Part shown: piece by piece, positions 38,438-48,499 of the stretch | How positions within the stretch are numbered: position 1 is the first letter of the stretch | How the letters are laid out: each line of letters starts with the position of its first letter | Assembly: GCA_963666515.2 (NCBI GenBank) | Contig: OY762897.2 | Location: 4,160,001 to 4,224,000, forward strand | DNA from: Candidatus Binatia bacterium | Lineage (GTDB): Bacteria > Desulfobacterota > Binatia > UBA9968 > JAJDTQ01 | Length of the DNA: 64,000 nt | Direction: 5' to 3' | The notes under the pieces: model-generated | Told to the model about the DNA's origin: nothing | The model's input: the letters and a program-made list of their open reading frames with translations, nothing else | Database searches by the model: none | Translations under genes and position numbers: made by a program

Positions 38438-39601
38438 ATGTCTGGCCCGCTGAACGACATCCGCGTGGTGGACTTCACCCACGCCCTGAACGGTCCCTTC
38501 TGCACCATGCTGCTGGGGCATCTGGGGGCGGAGGTCATCAAGATCGAGCCGCCCCAAGGCGACAACTTCCGGCGCTCGTGGATGGCGCCTGACGCGGGCA
38601 AAGACGGCTACGAGTTCCTATGGATCAACGTCAACAAGAAGAGCGTGGCCCTGAACCTCAAGAGCGAGAGGGGGATCGAGTTGGCGCGCGGGCTCATCGC
38701 CCGGGCCGACGTGGTGGTGGAGAACTACCAGAAGGGCACCATGGAGCGTTTCGGGCTCGACTACGACTCGGTCAAGGACTTGAACCCGCGGCTCATCTAC
38801 GCCTGCTCGCGCGGATACGGCGAGTGGGGCCCCTACGCCGCCTACGGCAACACCGCGGCCACAAACAACAGTATGACCGGCTGGACACACACCGCCTGGG
38901 AGTACGCCGGCACTGAGGGCACCAAGTCCCTGGGCATCGGCGACGAGGCCGCGGGCGTGAGCATGACCGTGGGCATCCTGGCCGCGCTGCATGCCCGCGA
39001 GCGCACCGGCGAGGGCCAGAAGATCGTCGTGTCCATGCAGGAGGCAGTCCTGGGCTTCATGGTCAGCTCCATGCACGAGCACTTCACCGGCAACATGGTG
39101 GGCAACACTCCGATGGAGGTGGCCGACGGCTACTTCACGCTGCGGATACCGCATCTGGATGACGATGGGTGGGGCCTGTTGGCGAAGAGGATGGAGCGGC
39201 CGGAGTTGACGACGGATCAGCGGTTCGCCGGCGCGGCGGCCCGGCGGGAGAACAAGGACGAGTTGGACCGGATCGTCCGGGATTGGGCCCGCAGCCACAC
39301 CCGGCAGGAGATCTGGGACGCCGTGCGCGACCTCGGCTACTTCGGCGCTCCCGTCCTGTCCAAGGCCGAAGTCCTCGACGACCCCCACATCAAGGCCCGC
39401 AACGCCTTCATCGAGCGCGACCATCCCACTGCCGGTCCCACCACGCTACTGGCGCCATGGATCCACATGTCGCAGACCCCCGCGTCCATTCACGACGACG
39501 CCCCCGCCATCGGCCAGCACACCGACGAGGTGCTGGGGGGCCTGCTGGGGCTCGGCGAGGCGCAGTTGGCGGACCTGCGCGCGGTCGGGGCCATCCGCTG
39601 A
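38438..39601 (+). CDS. Family III CoA-transferase (CaiB/BaiF)
   Basis: VVDFT..L.GP, LGAEVIKIE, N.NKKS..LNLK, ADVVVENY, P.IGQHT. Confidence 0.92.
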   Translation: MSGPLNDIRVVDFTHALNGPFCTMLLGHLGAEVIKIEPPQGDNFRRSWMAPDAGKDGYEFLWINVNKKSVALNLKSERGIELARGLIARADVVVENYQKGTMERFGLDYDSVKDLNPRLIYACSRGYGEWGPYAAYGNTAATNNSMTGWTHTAWEYAGTEGTKSLGIGDEAAGVSMTVGILAALHARERTGEGQKIVVSMQEAVLGFMVSSMHEHFTGNMVGNTPMEVADGYFTLRIPHLDDDGWGLLAKRMERPELTTDQRFAGAAARRENKDELDRIVRDWARSHTRQEIWDAVRDLGYFGAPVLSKAEVLDDPHIKARNAFIERDHPTAGPTTLLAPWIHMSQTPASIHDDAPAIGQHTDEVLGGLLGLGEAQLADLRAVGAIR

Positions 39602-39611
39602 GCCCGCAACG

Positions 39612-40349
39612 TCACTTCAACATGTCCCAGTCATCTGTCGAATCGGAGTGGACGAGATCGGCATGAATCTTCATGTTGCCCTTCAATCCTCCGAGTCGCT
39701 TACCGGAAGGGAGTTCCGTGGGCGTCTTGTCCGGGAACTCGCACAGGTCGGCGATGACGCAGCTCGGACACTCGGGCTTGCGTGCCTTGCAGACGTAGCG
39801 GCCATGCAGGATCAGCCAGTGGTGGGCATCCTTGCGGAACTCCGGTGGCGTCAGCCGGGTGAGCCGCGTTTCCACCTCCAGGGGGTTCTTCCCGCGCGCC
39901 ATGCGCGTGCGGTTGGCGACCCGGAAGATGTGCGTGTCCACCGCGATGGTAGGCTCACCGAAGGCGGTGTTGAGGATGACGTTGGCGGTCTTCCGGCCCA
40001 CGCCGGGGAGCTTCTCCAGGGCCTCCCGCGTGCGCGGCACCTGGCCGCCGTGCTCCTTGATGAGGATCCTGCAGGTCTTCAGGATGTTCTCGGCCTTGCT
40101 GTTGAAGAGGCCGATGGTGCGGATGTAGCGCTTAAGTCGTGTGGCGCCGAGCTTGAGGATATTCTCCGGCGTATTGGCCACCGGAAACAACTCGGCGGTG
40201 GCCTTGTTCACGCTCACGTCGGTAGCCTGGGCCGACAGCACCACGGCGACCAGCAGTTCGAACGGGTCGATCCAGTCCAGCTCGGTGGAGGGGCTGGGAT
40301 CGCGCTCCTGAAGGCGCGTGTAAATGGCGGTGCGCTTCTGCCTGTTCAT
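39612..40349 (-). CDS. nth: Endonuclease III
   Basis: LSAQATD, LPGVGRKTANV, VDTHIFRV, GRYVCKARKPEC..C.....C. Confidence 0.96.
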   Translation of the reverse strand: MNRQKRTAIYTRLQERDPSPSTELDWIDPFELLVAVVLSAQATDVSVNKATAELFPVANTPENILKLGATRLKRYIRTIGLFNSKAENILKTCRILIKEHGGQVPRTREALEKLPGVGRKTANVILNTAFGEPTIAVDTHIFRVANRTRMARGKNPLEVETRLTRLTPPEFRKDAHHWLILHGRYVCKARKPECPSCVIADLCEFPDKTPTELPSGKRLGGLKGNMKIHADLVHSDSTDDWDMLK

Positions 40350-40545
40350 GGAAGTACTCGGAAACCTTCCAACTCCGCTGCCGATGTCAGCCTCCTGGTC
40401 TATCGTTACGATCGGCGGCCAAAGACTCCGAAATGCTCGTGGGACGACAGAGGCTGCTCTTGGCGCGGCAAGAAAAATCTGCAATCATCCAATCTGTACG
40501 CCAGAATGGCGCATTTGTCCATTGTCGATGAATGCAGGAGGCAAA

Positions 40546-40830
40546 ATGGCCGAGACAGCCGAATCGAAGCACGCTCGCGTTCACCTGCGCCTGGACACCC
40601 GGACCAAGCGCAAGCTGGAACGGGCGGCAGCCTATGAGGAAACGACCGTCAGCCGTTTCGTGCTGACCAACGCCGTGGCCGCGGCCGAGCGCGTGATCGA
40701 GTCGCGCGAGAAAATCGTTCTCTCGGCCGTGGACTGGGACGCCTTTCATGCCGCACTGCTCGACCCGCCGGAGCCGAACGCAACGCTGACAGAGGCGGCA
40801 CGGCGTTATCGCGAGCGCGTTGGTGAATGA
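40546..40830 (+). CDS. DUF1778 (TacA-like) antitoxin
   Basis: R..LR....K..LERAA, VS.FV, F.AAL..PPEPN. Confidence 0.9.
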   Translation: MAETAESKHARVHLRLDTRTKRKLERAAAYEETTVSRFVLTNAVAAAERVIESREKIVLSAVDWDAFHAALLDPPEPNATLTEAARRYRERVGE

Positions 40831-41332
40831 GCCGCCTCTCGTCATCGAGCCCCTTGGCTCGCAGCACGACCGCGCGGCTTTCTCGTGCGGGGAACCCGCC
40901 CTCGACAACTATATTCGGCGGCAGGCATCCCAGGACGCGCGGCGGCGCGTGGCCCGGATATTCGTCGCGCTCGGCGACACGCCCGGACGCATCGCCGGAT
41001 ACTACACCCTGAGCGCGGCGAGTTTCGAGAAGGACGAGTTGCCGGCGGACTTGGCGAAGCGGTTGCCTCACTACCCGGTTCCTGCGGCCGTGCTCGGACG
41101 GCTGGCCATCGACCGCGCCCATCAGGGACGCGGGCTTGGCGAAACGTTGCTGCTCGACGCGATCCGCCGGGTCGTGCGCGCGAGCGCGACGATCGCCGTG
41201 TACGCCATTGTCGTAGACGCCAAGAACGACCGCGCCCGCGGGTTCTACGAGCGCTACGGTTTCAGGACCTTTGCCACGTTGCCTCGCCGCCTGTTCTTGC
41301 CGATCCAGACCTTCCAAGAACTCGATTTGTAG
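40823..41332 (+). CDS. GNAT acetyltransferase toxin (TacT/AtaT-like)
   Basis: HDR..FSCG...LD.YI, GYYTLS, LGRLAID...QG.GLG, VDAK, FY..YGF. Confidence 0.92.
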   Translation: MNEPPLVIEPLGSQHDRAAFSCGEPALDNYIRRQASQDARRRVARIFVALGDTPGRIAGYYTLSAASFEKDELPADLAKRLPHYPVPAAVLGRLAIDRAHQGRGLGETLLLDAIRRVVRASATIAVYAIVVDAKNDRARGFYERYGFRTFATLPRRLFLPIQTFQELDL

Positions 41333-41419
41333 CCAAGTGATTTGCCGACTCGAAACGCGTCACCGCGGGTCTCACCCGAAACCCTGACGCCGCTTCCCTG
41401 TGCCTGATATACTGCAACC

Positions 41420-42997
41420 ATGCGATTCTTCAACACCACCGGTCCCGTTGTTCCGACGGACCACTATTGCCTCCCGCCCCTGGAGCGGCTGGACTTCAAC
41501 GAAGTCCGAACGCTCATTCACGACAAACGCTACTTCGTCCTGCACGCCCCGCGCCAAACGGGCAAGACTTCCGCGCTCCTGGCGCTGCGCGACCTGCTGA
41601 ACAGCGGCGCCGAGGGCGACTACCGCTGTGTGTACATCAACGTCGAGGTCGGGCAGGCGGCGCGGGAAGACGTGCCGCGGGCGATGCGGGCGATTCTCAA
41701 CGATCTGGCCCTGCAAGCCCGTTTTGCGCTCCGGGACGAATTCGTCGCCGACATCCGTCTCGGCGTCCTTCAAGAAGCCGGTCCCTACGACGCCTTCAAG
41801 GAGGTCCTGAGCCGCTGGGCACAGGCCGACCCGAGACCCTTGGTCCTGCTCATCGACGAGATCGACGCCCTCGTGGGCGACACGCTGCTGTCGGTGCTGC
41901 GGCAGTTGCGGGCGGGCTACGTCCTGCGCCCGGAAGGCTTTCCACAGAGCGTTGTCCTGTGCGGAGTGCGCGACGTGCGTGACTACCGCATCCACTCAGG
42001 TTCGGAGAAAGCGATCATCGCCGGCGGCAGCGCCTTCAACGTCAAGGCCGAATCGCTGCGGCTCGGCGATTTCTCGCAGGACGAGGTGCAGGCGCTGCTC
42101 GCGCAGCACACGGAGGAGACGGGGCAGGCGTTCACCGGGGACGCGCTGCAACGGGTCTGGACGCAGTCGCAGGGGCAGCCGTGGCTCGTCAACGCCCTCG
42201 CCGCCCAGGCATGCTTCCGCAATCCGAGTGGACGTGACCGCAGCCGGCCGATTACGGCGGACGACATCGACGAGGCGCAGGAGCAACTCATCGCGCGCCG
42301 CGAGACGCACCTGGACCAGTTGGCGGACAAGCTGCAAGAGGACCGGGTGCGGCGCGTGGTCGAGCCGCTGCTGAGCGGCGGGGACGAGCGGGAGTTCACG
42401 GCGCGTGACATCGAGTACGTGCGCGACTTGGGGCTGGTGGCGCTTGACAGCCCCCTGCGCATCGCCAACCCGATATACGCCGAGGTGGTGCCGCGCGAGC
42501 TGACGGTCGCGGCGCAGGAAGGGCTGGTGCAGGACGCTGCCTGGTACGTCGATGCCGACGGCGGGCTCGACGTGGTGGCGCTGCTGACCGCGTTTCAGGC
42601 GTTCTTCCGGGAGCACTCGGAGCACTGGGTCCGGCGTTTCGACTACCAGGAAGCGGGGCCGCAACTCCTCCTGCAGGCGTTTCTGCAGCGCATCGTCAAC
42701 GGCGGCGGCCGCATCGAGCGGGAATACGGGCTGGGCCGAGGACGCACCGATCTGCTCATCATCTGGCCGCAGGACGGGCAGACGCGGAAGTTCGTGGTCG
42801 AGTGCAAAATTCTGCGCAAGAGCCTGGCGCGTACGGTGAGCGAGGGCATGCAGCAAACCGCGGCGTACATGGATCGCTGCGGCGCGGAAACCGGCCATCT
42901 CGTCATCTTCGACCGCGGCGACGGACGGTGGGAGGACAAAGTGTTCTGCCGGCGCGAATCCTTCGGCGAGACCGAGATGTACGTGTGGGGGATGTGA
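41420..42997 (+). CDS. AAA ATPase with C-terminal PD-(D/E)XK-like domain
   Basis: FFNTTGP, HAPRQTGKT, IDEID, REYGLGRGRTDL...VECK, Q...Y. Confidence 0.88.
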   Translation: MRFFNTTGPVVPTDHYCLPPLERLDFNEVRTLIHDKRYFVLHAPRQTGKTSALLALRDLLNSGAEGDYRCVYINVEVGQAAREDVPRAMRAILNDLALQARFALRDEFVADIRLGVLQEAGPYDAFKEVLSRWAQADPRPLVLLIDEIDALVGDTLLSVLRQLRAGYVLRPEGFPQSVVLCGVRDVRDYRIHSGSEKAIIAGGSAFNVKAESLRLGDFSQDEVQALLAQHTEETGQAFTGDALQRVWTQSQGQPWLVNALAAQACFRNPSGRDRSRPITADDIDEAQEQLIARRETHLDQLADKLQEDRVRRVVEPLLSGGDEREFTARDIEYVRDLGLVALDSPLRIANPIYAEVVPRELTVAAQEGLVQDAAWYVDADGGLDVVALLTAFQAFFREHSEHWVRRFDYQEAGPQLLLQAFLQRIVNGGGRIEREYGLGRGRTDLLIIWPQDGQTRKFVVECKILRKSLARTVSEGMQQTAAYMDRCGAETGHLVIFDRGDGRWEDKVFCRRESFGETEMYVWGM

Positions 42998-43013
42998 GCA
43001 CCGACCGCCCGCC

Positions 43014-43190
43014 ATGAAGAGAACGGAATGTGACAATTGCGGGGAGGCAGGAGCCCGGGTCCGTCAGGTCTCGCGGAGCTATGGCTCCGGCAAGGACCTT
43101 CTCGTGATGAAGGGATTCCCTTGATCTCTTGCTCGGTTTGCGGTGAAAGCTATCTTACTGCCGATACGCTCCACGAAATCGAACGTATCA
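43014..43190 (+). pseudogene. YgiT/MqsA-type zinc-finger antitoxin remnant (frameshifted, truncated)
   Basis: MKRTECDNCGE...RSYG.GKDLLV in one frame, then EGIPLISCSVCGESY in another after GTGATGAAGGG. Confidence 0.7.
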
Positions 43191-44306
43191 GGGTATGTAC
43201 TTCTCGTCCTGCAAGAATAGCTCGCTTGGAATCTCGGTCCCCAATCCCTTCTCCCGGCAGCGACTGTAGATGAGGTGGGCGACGGCGGTAAACTGCACGC
43301 CGTCTCCGCGCAGGACGAGTCCCGTGATCTGGCTGTCGGAGGTGCGGCCGGGGTGGTTGCCGGCGATGATGTCGCCCAGGAGCGGCAGCTTGTCCCACTC
43401 GATGGAGGTCGACCGGGTGTACTGGTCCTTTCCGTGCTCGGGGATGGCTTCGGCGCCGCCGATGGCGTAGCGCATCCAGCGCCTGCCGTGGCGGTTCATG
43501 GTGAGCACGTCGCAGCGTTCCCATCCCGCGATCTCCAGCTCGACGTCCGAGACGTTGCTGACGAATTGGCCGGACTCCAGCCAGTCGGCCATTACCACCG
43601 GGTCCTTGGAGTTGGTGGCCATGTAGACGATGTCGGCGCCGCGGACCGCCTCGCGGGCGGAAGGAGCCGGCACGATTTCGATTCCGGCCTCCCTGGACAT
43701 CTGCTCCGCGAACCTCTCCTTGTTGCCGGGAGTCGGGCTGTACACCTCGATCCTTTCCAGGTTGCCGAGGGCGGCAAAACAGTGCGCGGCGCCTTGCGCC
43801 TGCCAACCCGTGCCGATGAGCGCCATGGTGCGCGAGTCTCTTCGGGCCAGATGCTTCGCGCCCACCGCGCCGGTGCCCGCCACCCGGAACTTCTGGAGAT
43901 AGCCGTCGTGGATGATGGCCAGCAACTCGCCGGTGCGGGAGCTGTAGACGAAGATCAGGCCGCAGAATCGGCCGTCCTTGCGGCCCGGCACACGCCGCTG
44001 GAGCGTTCTTCCGTCCTGCTCGAAATAAGTGATGATGTCGGAATCGATGCGGTCCGTCGTGACCTCCAGCTTGGCGATTGCGCCGCTCAATGAGGTGAAC
44101 GAATGGTGGGTCGGATCGCCTCCTCCTTCGGGGAACCGGGGATGATCGCGGTAGTCGTCTGGGTCCCTCGGGGTGAAGACCCGGTACGGCGGCGCATTGA
44201 CCGCGCCGCCGGTGGCCAGCTCCAGCGCCGCCAGCTCCAGTGCGTCGTTGACCTCCGACGGGTCGAGAACCTCCTCCACGGTCGGATTGTCGATGATGAG
44301 CGTCAT
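43188..44306 (-). CDS. Ornithine cyclodeaminase/mu-crystallin family protein
   Basis: GELLAI...L...R.A, IGTGWQA, ADIV..ATNS, LGDII.G..PGR. Confidence 0.88.
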   Translation of the reverse strand: MTLIIDNPTVEEVLDPSEVNDALELAALELATGGAVNAPPYRVFTPRDPDDYRDHPRFPEGGGDPTHHSFTSLSGAIAKLEVTTDRIDSDIITYFEQDGRTLQRRVPGRKDGRFCGLIFVYSSRTGELLAIIHDGYLQKFRVAGTGAVGAKHLARRDSRTMALIGTGWQAQGAAHCFAALGNLERIEVYSPTPGNKERFAEQMSREAGIEIVPAPSAREAVRGADIVYMATNSKDPVVMADWLESGQFVSNVSDVELEIAGWERCDVLTMNRHGRRWMRYAIGGAEAIPEHGKDQYTRSTSIEWDKLPLLGDIIAGNHPGRTSDSQITGLVLRGDGVQFTAVAHLIYSRCREKGLGTEIPSELFLQDEKYIP

Positions 44307-44336
44307 GCAACCTCCTTGGCGTTTCGCGGGCCGCCG

Positions 44337-45641
44337 TCAGTCGCGCCGCCCCACCCCTCGGGTCCAGGGTCCGATGAGCAGGGCGTTGGTGATTCCGGCG
44401 GCCCCCACCAGGCCCAGGAGCAGCCACGGCACATAGGCGTGGGTGTGGAAGTGGTCGACGAGGGCGCCGGCCGCATACGGGCCGACGACGCCTCCCCACA
44501 TGTAGAAGAAGCTCATGCTGCCGCGGATGGTGCCGAAGCGGCGCCGCCCGAAGTAGTCTCCCACCGCGGCCCAGATGACCGGTATCGATGAGTCCAGCAC
44601 GCTGAACAGCGTGGCGAACAGCAGCAGCCCCCAGAGCGTGGTGCTCCACATCAGGACCAGGACCGCGATGAAGGAAAGCACCATGCACCAGGCTACCAGG
44701 CGGACCTTGTTGGTCTGATCGGCGATCCATCCCATGATGAAGTGCGCGACGATGTTCATGCCGTTGAACCACGACAGCGGAAGCGCCGCGGCGAGAGGCG
44801 TCAGGCCTTTCCACTCCATCAAGGGCACGAAATGCACGATGACGGTGGTGTAGGCGGCGGTCCGGGTGGTCATCCACAGGATGAAGAGCCAGAAGACCGG
44901 GGTGCGCATGGCGCGGCCGGCGTCGTAGTCGGACTCGCCGCGGGTTTCCGTCCCGTCATGCTCCGACCCGTCCTCTCGCTCCCCGGGCGCCGGCGCGGAA
45001 GACGACGCGGTCTCCGAGGATATCTGCAGGCCCATGCTCTCGGGCGACCGGCGAATCCTCAGGGCCAGGGGCGCGGCCACGAACAGGAACACGCATCCCG
45101 CGGTGAACGCGGCCGCTCGCCAGCCCCAGAAGTGGACGGCCACCGCCAGCAGGACCGTGACCACGGTTCCGCCCACGGGCATGGCGGCGCTCAGGCAGGT
45201 CAACGCCCGCGCCCGATAGCGCCGGAACCAGTTGACGGCCAACACCGCGGGAGCGTGCACGAAACCCGCGGTGAAGGTCAGGGAGATGACCCCGACGTAG
45301 ATGATGAGGAAGCTCGCGTAGCTGTCGATGAAGGAAAAGAGGACGTAGCCGACGCCGCACATCAGCGCCGCGGTCAGTATCACGGGTTTGGGGCCGAAGC
45401 GGTCGATGAGGTAGCCCGCCAGCGGGCCCTCGATGGCGCCCTCGGCCCGGGCCAGGGAGAAGGCCAGCGAAGTAGCCGCGTGGGTGATGCCCAGCTCTTT
45501 CTGGATGGGAAGGAAGTAGACCGTGAAGCCGAAGCTGTGGAGGCCGCCGCCGATGGTCCGGACGAGGGCCGTCAGACCGATCATCCGCCAGCCGTAGTAG
45601 AGGTCCGACAGCCGGCGGCGGAGACCCTTGATCGATAGCAA
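44337..45641 (-). CDS. MFS transporter
   Basis: YYGW, G.LIDRFG, NWF.R.R..A, GWIAD, DYFGR..FG; about 12 TM; start uncertain. Confidence 0.88.
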   Translation of the reverse strand: MLSIKGLRRRLSDLYYGWRMIGLTALVRTIGGGLHSFGFTVYFLPIQKELGITHAATSLAFSLARAEGAIEGPLAGYLIDRFGPKPVILTAALMCGVGYVLFSFIDSYASFLIIYVGVISLTFTAGFVHAPAVLAVNWFRRYRARALTCLSAAMPVGGTVVTVLLAVAVHFWGWRAAAFTAGCVFLFVAAPLALRIRRSPESMGLQISSETASSSAPAPGEREDGSEHDGTETRGESDYDAGRAMRTPVFWLFILWMTTRTAAYTTVIVHFVPLMEWKGLTPLAAALPLSWFNGMNIVAHFIMGWIADQTNKVRLVAWCMVLSFIAVLVLMWSTTLWGLLLFATLFSVLDSSIPVIWAAVGDYFGRRRFGTIRGSMSFFYMWGGVVGPYAAGALVDHFHTHAYVPWLLLGLVGAAGITNALLIGPWTRGVGRRD

Positions 45642-45721
45642 GCGGATTCACCCGCCGGGCGGCCCGCTGCTTGACGTTCGGTTCATCGTCAAGCGCAGCA
45701 GGCCGCCCGTTCGGAGTTGCG

Positions 45722-48007
45722 TTACTTCCCGGCTTCCCGGAGCGCCCGCAGCACGTTCTCGGGGCTCAGCGGGAGCCTGCGCACGCGCACGCCGGTGGCG
45801 TTGTAGATGGCGTTGGCGATGCAGGCCATGGGCGGCACCGAGCCGATCTCGCCCGCGCCCTTGGTGCCGTAGGGTCCGGCGCCGGGATAGCCCGACACCG
45901 TGATGGCCTCGATGCGCGGCAGCATGTTGATGGTCGGCATCAGGTAGTCCACGAAGGTCGGGTTGAGCGTCCGCCCGTCGCTGTCGTGCACCACCTGCTC
46001 GCACAGGGCCTGGCCCAGGCTCATGGCCGCGGCGCCCTCGATCTGGCCTTCCACCGCCTTGGGGTGCACCACGAAGCCCACGTCGTGCACGGCCACGTAC
46101 TTCAGCACCTTGACGTTGCCGGTGTCGGTGTCCACTTCCACCATGGCCGCGTGGGTGGTGAAGGGCTGGGAGCTGCCGGTCTCCCGCTCGTGGGCCTGGG
46201 ACGCCTTGGAGTCGAAGTAGCCCCGGCCGATGACGTCGCCGATCTCGTTGTGCCCGGCGTTGCAGACCGACGCCAGCGACACCGACCGTGACGGCGCGCC
46301 CTTGACCTGGATCTGCCTGTCGACGATCTCCAGGTCCTCCGGGCTCGCTTCGAGCTGTCCCGCGGCCATGCGCAGGATCTGGTCGCGGGCGTCCTCGGCC
46401 GCCAGCTTGACGGCGTTGCCCGACACCAGCATCGAGCGGCTGCCCACCGTGCCCGCGTCCCACGGGCTCGCGTCCGTGTCCACGTTGAGCACGGTGACGT
46501 CGTCGGTGGGGATGCCCAGCACCTCGGCCACGATCATGGGGATGCCGAACCGCGCCGCGGTGCCGTAGTCCACCTTGCCGATGTGCACCGTGGCGGAGCC
46601 GTCCTCGTTCATCTTCACCACCGCGCCGCCGCCGGGACCCGAGCCCTCGATCCAGGCGCCGGTGGCGAAGCCGATGCCCTGGTTCTTTTCGAGCTTGACC
46701 TTGCCCCAGCCGATCTTCTCCTTGGCGAGGTTCAGGGTCTCGGCCAGCGAGCTGTCGCGCAACTTGGGCACGCCGACGATGCTGTCGCCCTTCTCCGGCA
46801 CGTTCTTCAACCGGAACTCGATGGGGTCCATGCCCAGCTCGGCGGCGATGGAGTCCATGTGGGATTCCATGGCGAAGGTGGCCTGGGGGCCGCCGGGTCC
46901 GCGCACCGGACCGCACACCTGCTTGTTGGTGTAGACCGTGAAGCCGTCCATGTGGATGTTGGGCAGACGGTACCAGCCGCCCACCATCTGGGTGCATCGG
47001 CCGCCGGCCTGGTTGCCGAAGCCCGAGTAGCCGCCGGCGTCGTACACCACCTTGCCCTGGCGCGCCACCAGGGTGCCGTCCTTCTTGACGCCGCTCTTGA
47101 TCCAGATCTTGCAGCCGGAGCGGATGGTGGTGGAGATGGTCTCCTCGGCCTTGTCCATGACGATCATCACCGGCTGTTTGGCGGTGAGCGCCAGCAGCGC
47201 GCATATGGGCTCCAGCGCGGCGCTGGAGGTGACCCCACTGCCCTTGCCTCCGAAACCGCCGCCGATGTCGGTGGAGATGACCCGCACGCTGTTGAGCGGC
47301 AGACCGGTCAAGGCGGCGACCTCGGTGCGCACCGGGAACGGCGCCTGGGCGTTGGCCCACACGGTGATGCGGCCGTCCTCCTCGGGCCGGGCCGCGGCGA
47401 TGCGCGGCTCCAGGTACTGGGGATGGATCATCCTGGTCTCGTAGACCTCGTCCACCACTACGTCAGCTTCCGCCATGCCCGCCTCGGCGTCGCCGATGTT
47501 CACCCCGGTGTAGCCGCAGACGTTCTTGACCTGGAGGCCTTCCGGCAGGTTCTTGGGCAGCGGCATGTCCTCGTGGAGGGTGGGCGCCGACTCCTTCATG
47601 GTCTCTTCGGGATCCACCACCACCGGCAGCGGCTCGTAGGTCACCTTGATCTTCTTCAAGGCCTCCTTGACCAGCGCCTGGCTGTCCGCCGCCACCGCCG
47701 CCACCGGGTCGCCCATGTAGCGGACCTTGTCCTTGGCGAGGATGTAGCGGTCGATGTACGAGCGGCCGTAGCGCTTGTCCGGCGCGTCCGCCGCGGTCAC
47801 CACCGCGCGCACGCCGGAGATGGCCTTGGCCTCGCTGGTGTCGATGCCGACGATCTTCGCGTGGGCGTACTCGCTCCGCAGCACGCCGCCGCTGAGCGCA
47901 TCGGGCAGGTTCAGGTCGATGCCGTAGATTCCCTTGCCCACCACCCGCTCGACCCCGCCCATGCGGGGCATGTCGGTTCCCAGGACCGTGTATTCAGCCT
48001 TTGCCAT
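45722..48007 (-). CDS. Xanthine dehydrogenase family molybdopterin-binding subunit
   Basis: RS.YAHA.I, IGGGFGGK, RGPG.PQ, GQIEG, KGAGE; no AYxCSFR motif, so not a form I CO dehydrogenase. Confidence 0.92.
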   Translation of the reverse strand: MAKAEYTVLGTDMPRMGGVERVVGKGIYGIDLNLPDALSGGVLRSEYAHAKIVGIDTSEAKAISGVRAVVTAADAPDKRYGRSYIDRYILAKDKVRYMGDPVAAVAADSQALVKEALKKIKVTYEPLPVVVDPEETMKESAPTLHEDMPLPKNLPEGLQVKNVCGYTGVNIGDAEAGMAEADVVVDEVYETRMIHPQYLEPRIAAARPEEDGRITVWANAQAPFPVRTEVAALTGLPLNSVRVISTDIGGGFGGKGSGVTSSAALEPICALLALTAKQPVMIVMDKAEETISTTIRSGCKIWIKSGVKKDGTLVARQGKVVYDAGGYSGFGNQAGGRCTQMVGGWYRLPNIHMDGFTVYTNKQVCGPVRGPGGPQATFAMESHMDSIAAELGMDPIEFRLKNVPEKGDSIVGVPKLRDSSLAETLNLAKEKIGWGKVKLEKNQGIGFATGAWIEGSGPGGGAVVKMNEDGSATVHIGKVDYGTAARFGIPMIVAEVLGIPTDDVTVLNVDTDASPWDAGTVGSRSMLVSGNAVKLAAEDARDQILRMAAGQLEASPEDLEIVDRQIQVKGAPSRSVSLASVCNAGHNEIGDVIGRGYFDSKASQAHERETGSSQPFTTHAAMVEVDTDTGNVKVLKYVAVHDVGFVVHPKAVEGQIEGAAAMSLGQALCEQVVHDSDGRTLNPTFVDYLMPTINMLPRIEAITVSGYPGAGPYGTKGAGEIGSVPPMACIANAIYNATGVRVRRLPLSPENVLRALREAGK

Positions 48008-48031
48008 GGGTCCTAACTCCTTCCAGTCCGT

Positions 48032-48499
48032 TTACGACATCTGCTTCGCCGCCAGTTCCACCGCATCGAAGATCTTGGTGTAGCCCGTGCACCGGCAGAT
48101 GTTGCCGGAGATGGCCTCCTCCACCTCCTCGGCCGTGGGGGTCTTGGTGCGGTCCAGCAACGCCTTGAGGGAGACGATGAAGCCCGGCGTGCAGTAGCCG
48201 CACTGCACCGCGCCGGTGTCGATGAAGGCCTGCTGCACCGGGTGCAGCTCGTCGCCGTCGGCGATGCCCTCCACCGTGACCAGGTCGGCGCCCGCCGCGT
48301 CCATTCCCAGCACCACGCAGGAGTTCACCGGCTTGCCGTCCATGATGATGGTGCAGGCGCCGCACTCCCCCGTGTTGCAGCAGAGCTTGACGCCCTTGTA
48401 GCCCAGCGTGTCGCGCAGGAAGTCCACCAGCGCGGTGGACGGCTCCAGCTCGGCCGTGTGGGTGTTTCCGTTTACCGTCAGTGTGATCTCCAGGCCCAT
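48032..48499 (-). CDS. Xanthine dehydrogenase family 2Fe-2S subunit
   Basis: C..GECGACT, QCGYCTPG, NICRCTGY; 3' part of ORF 48032..49450. Confidence 0.92.
   Translation of the reverse strand: MGLEITLTVNGNTHTAELEPSTALVDFLRDTLGYKGVKLCCNTGECGACTIIMDGKPVNSCVVLGMDAAGADLVTVEGIADGDELHPVQQAFIDTGAVQCGYCTPGFIVSLKALLDRTKTPTAEEVEEAISGNICRCTGYTKIFDAVELAAKQMS

Noticed and set aside
45722-48007. Aerobic CO dehydrogenase CoxL
   Set aside because: Active-site loop is PVRGPG, not AYxCSFR.
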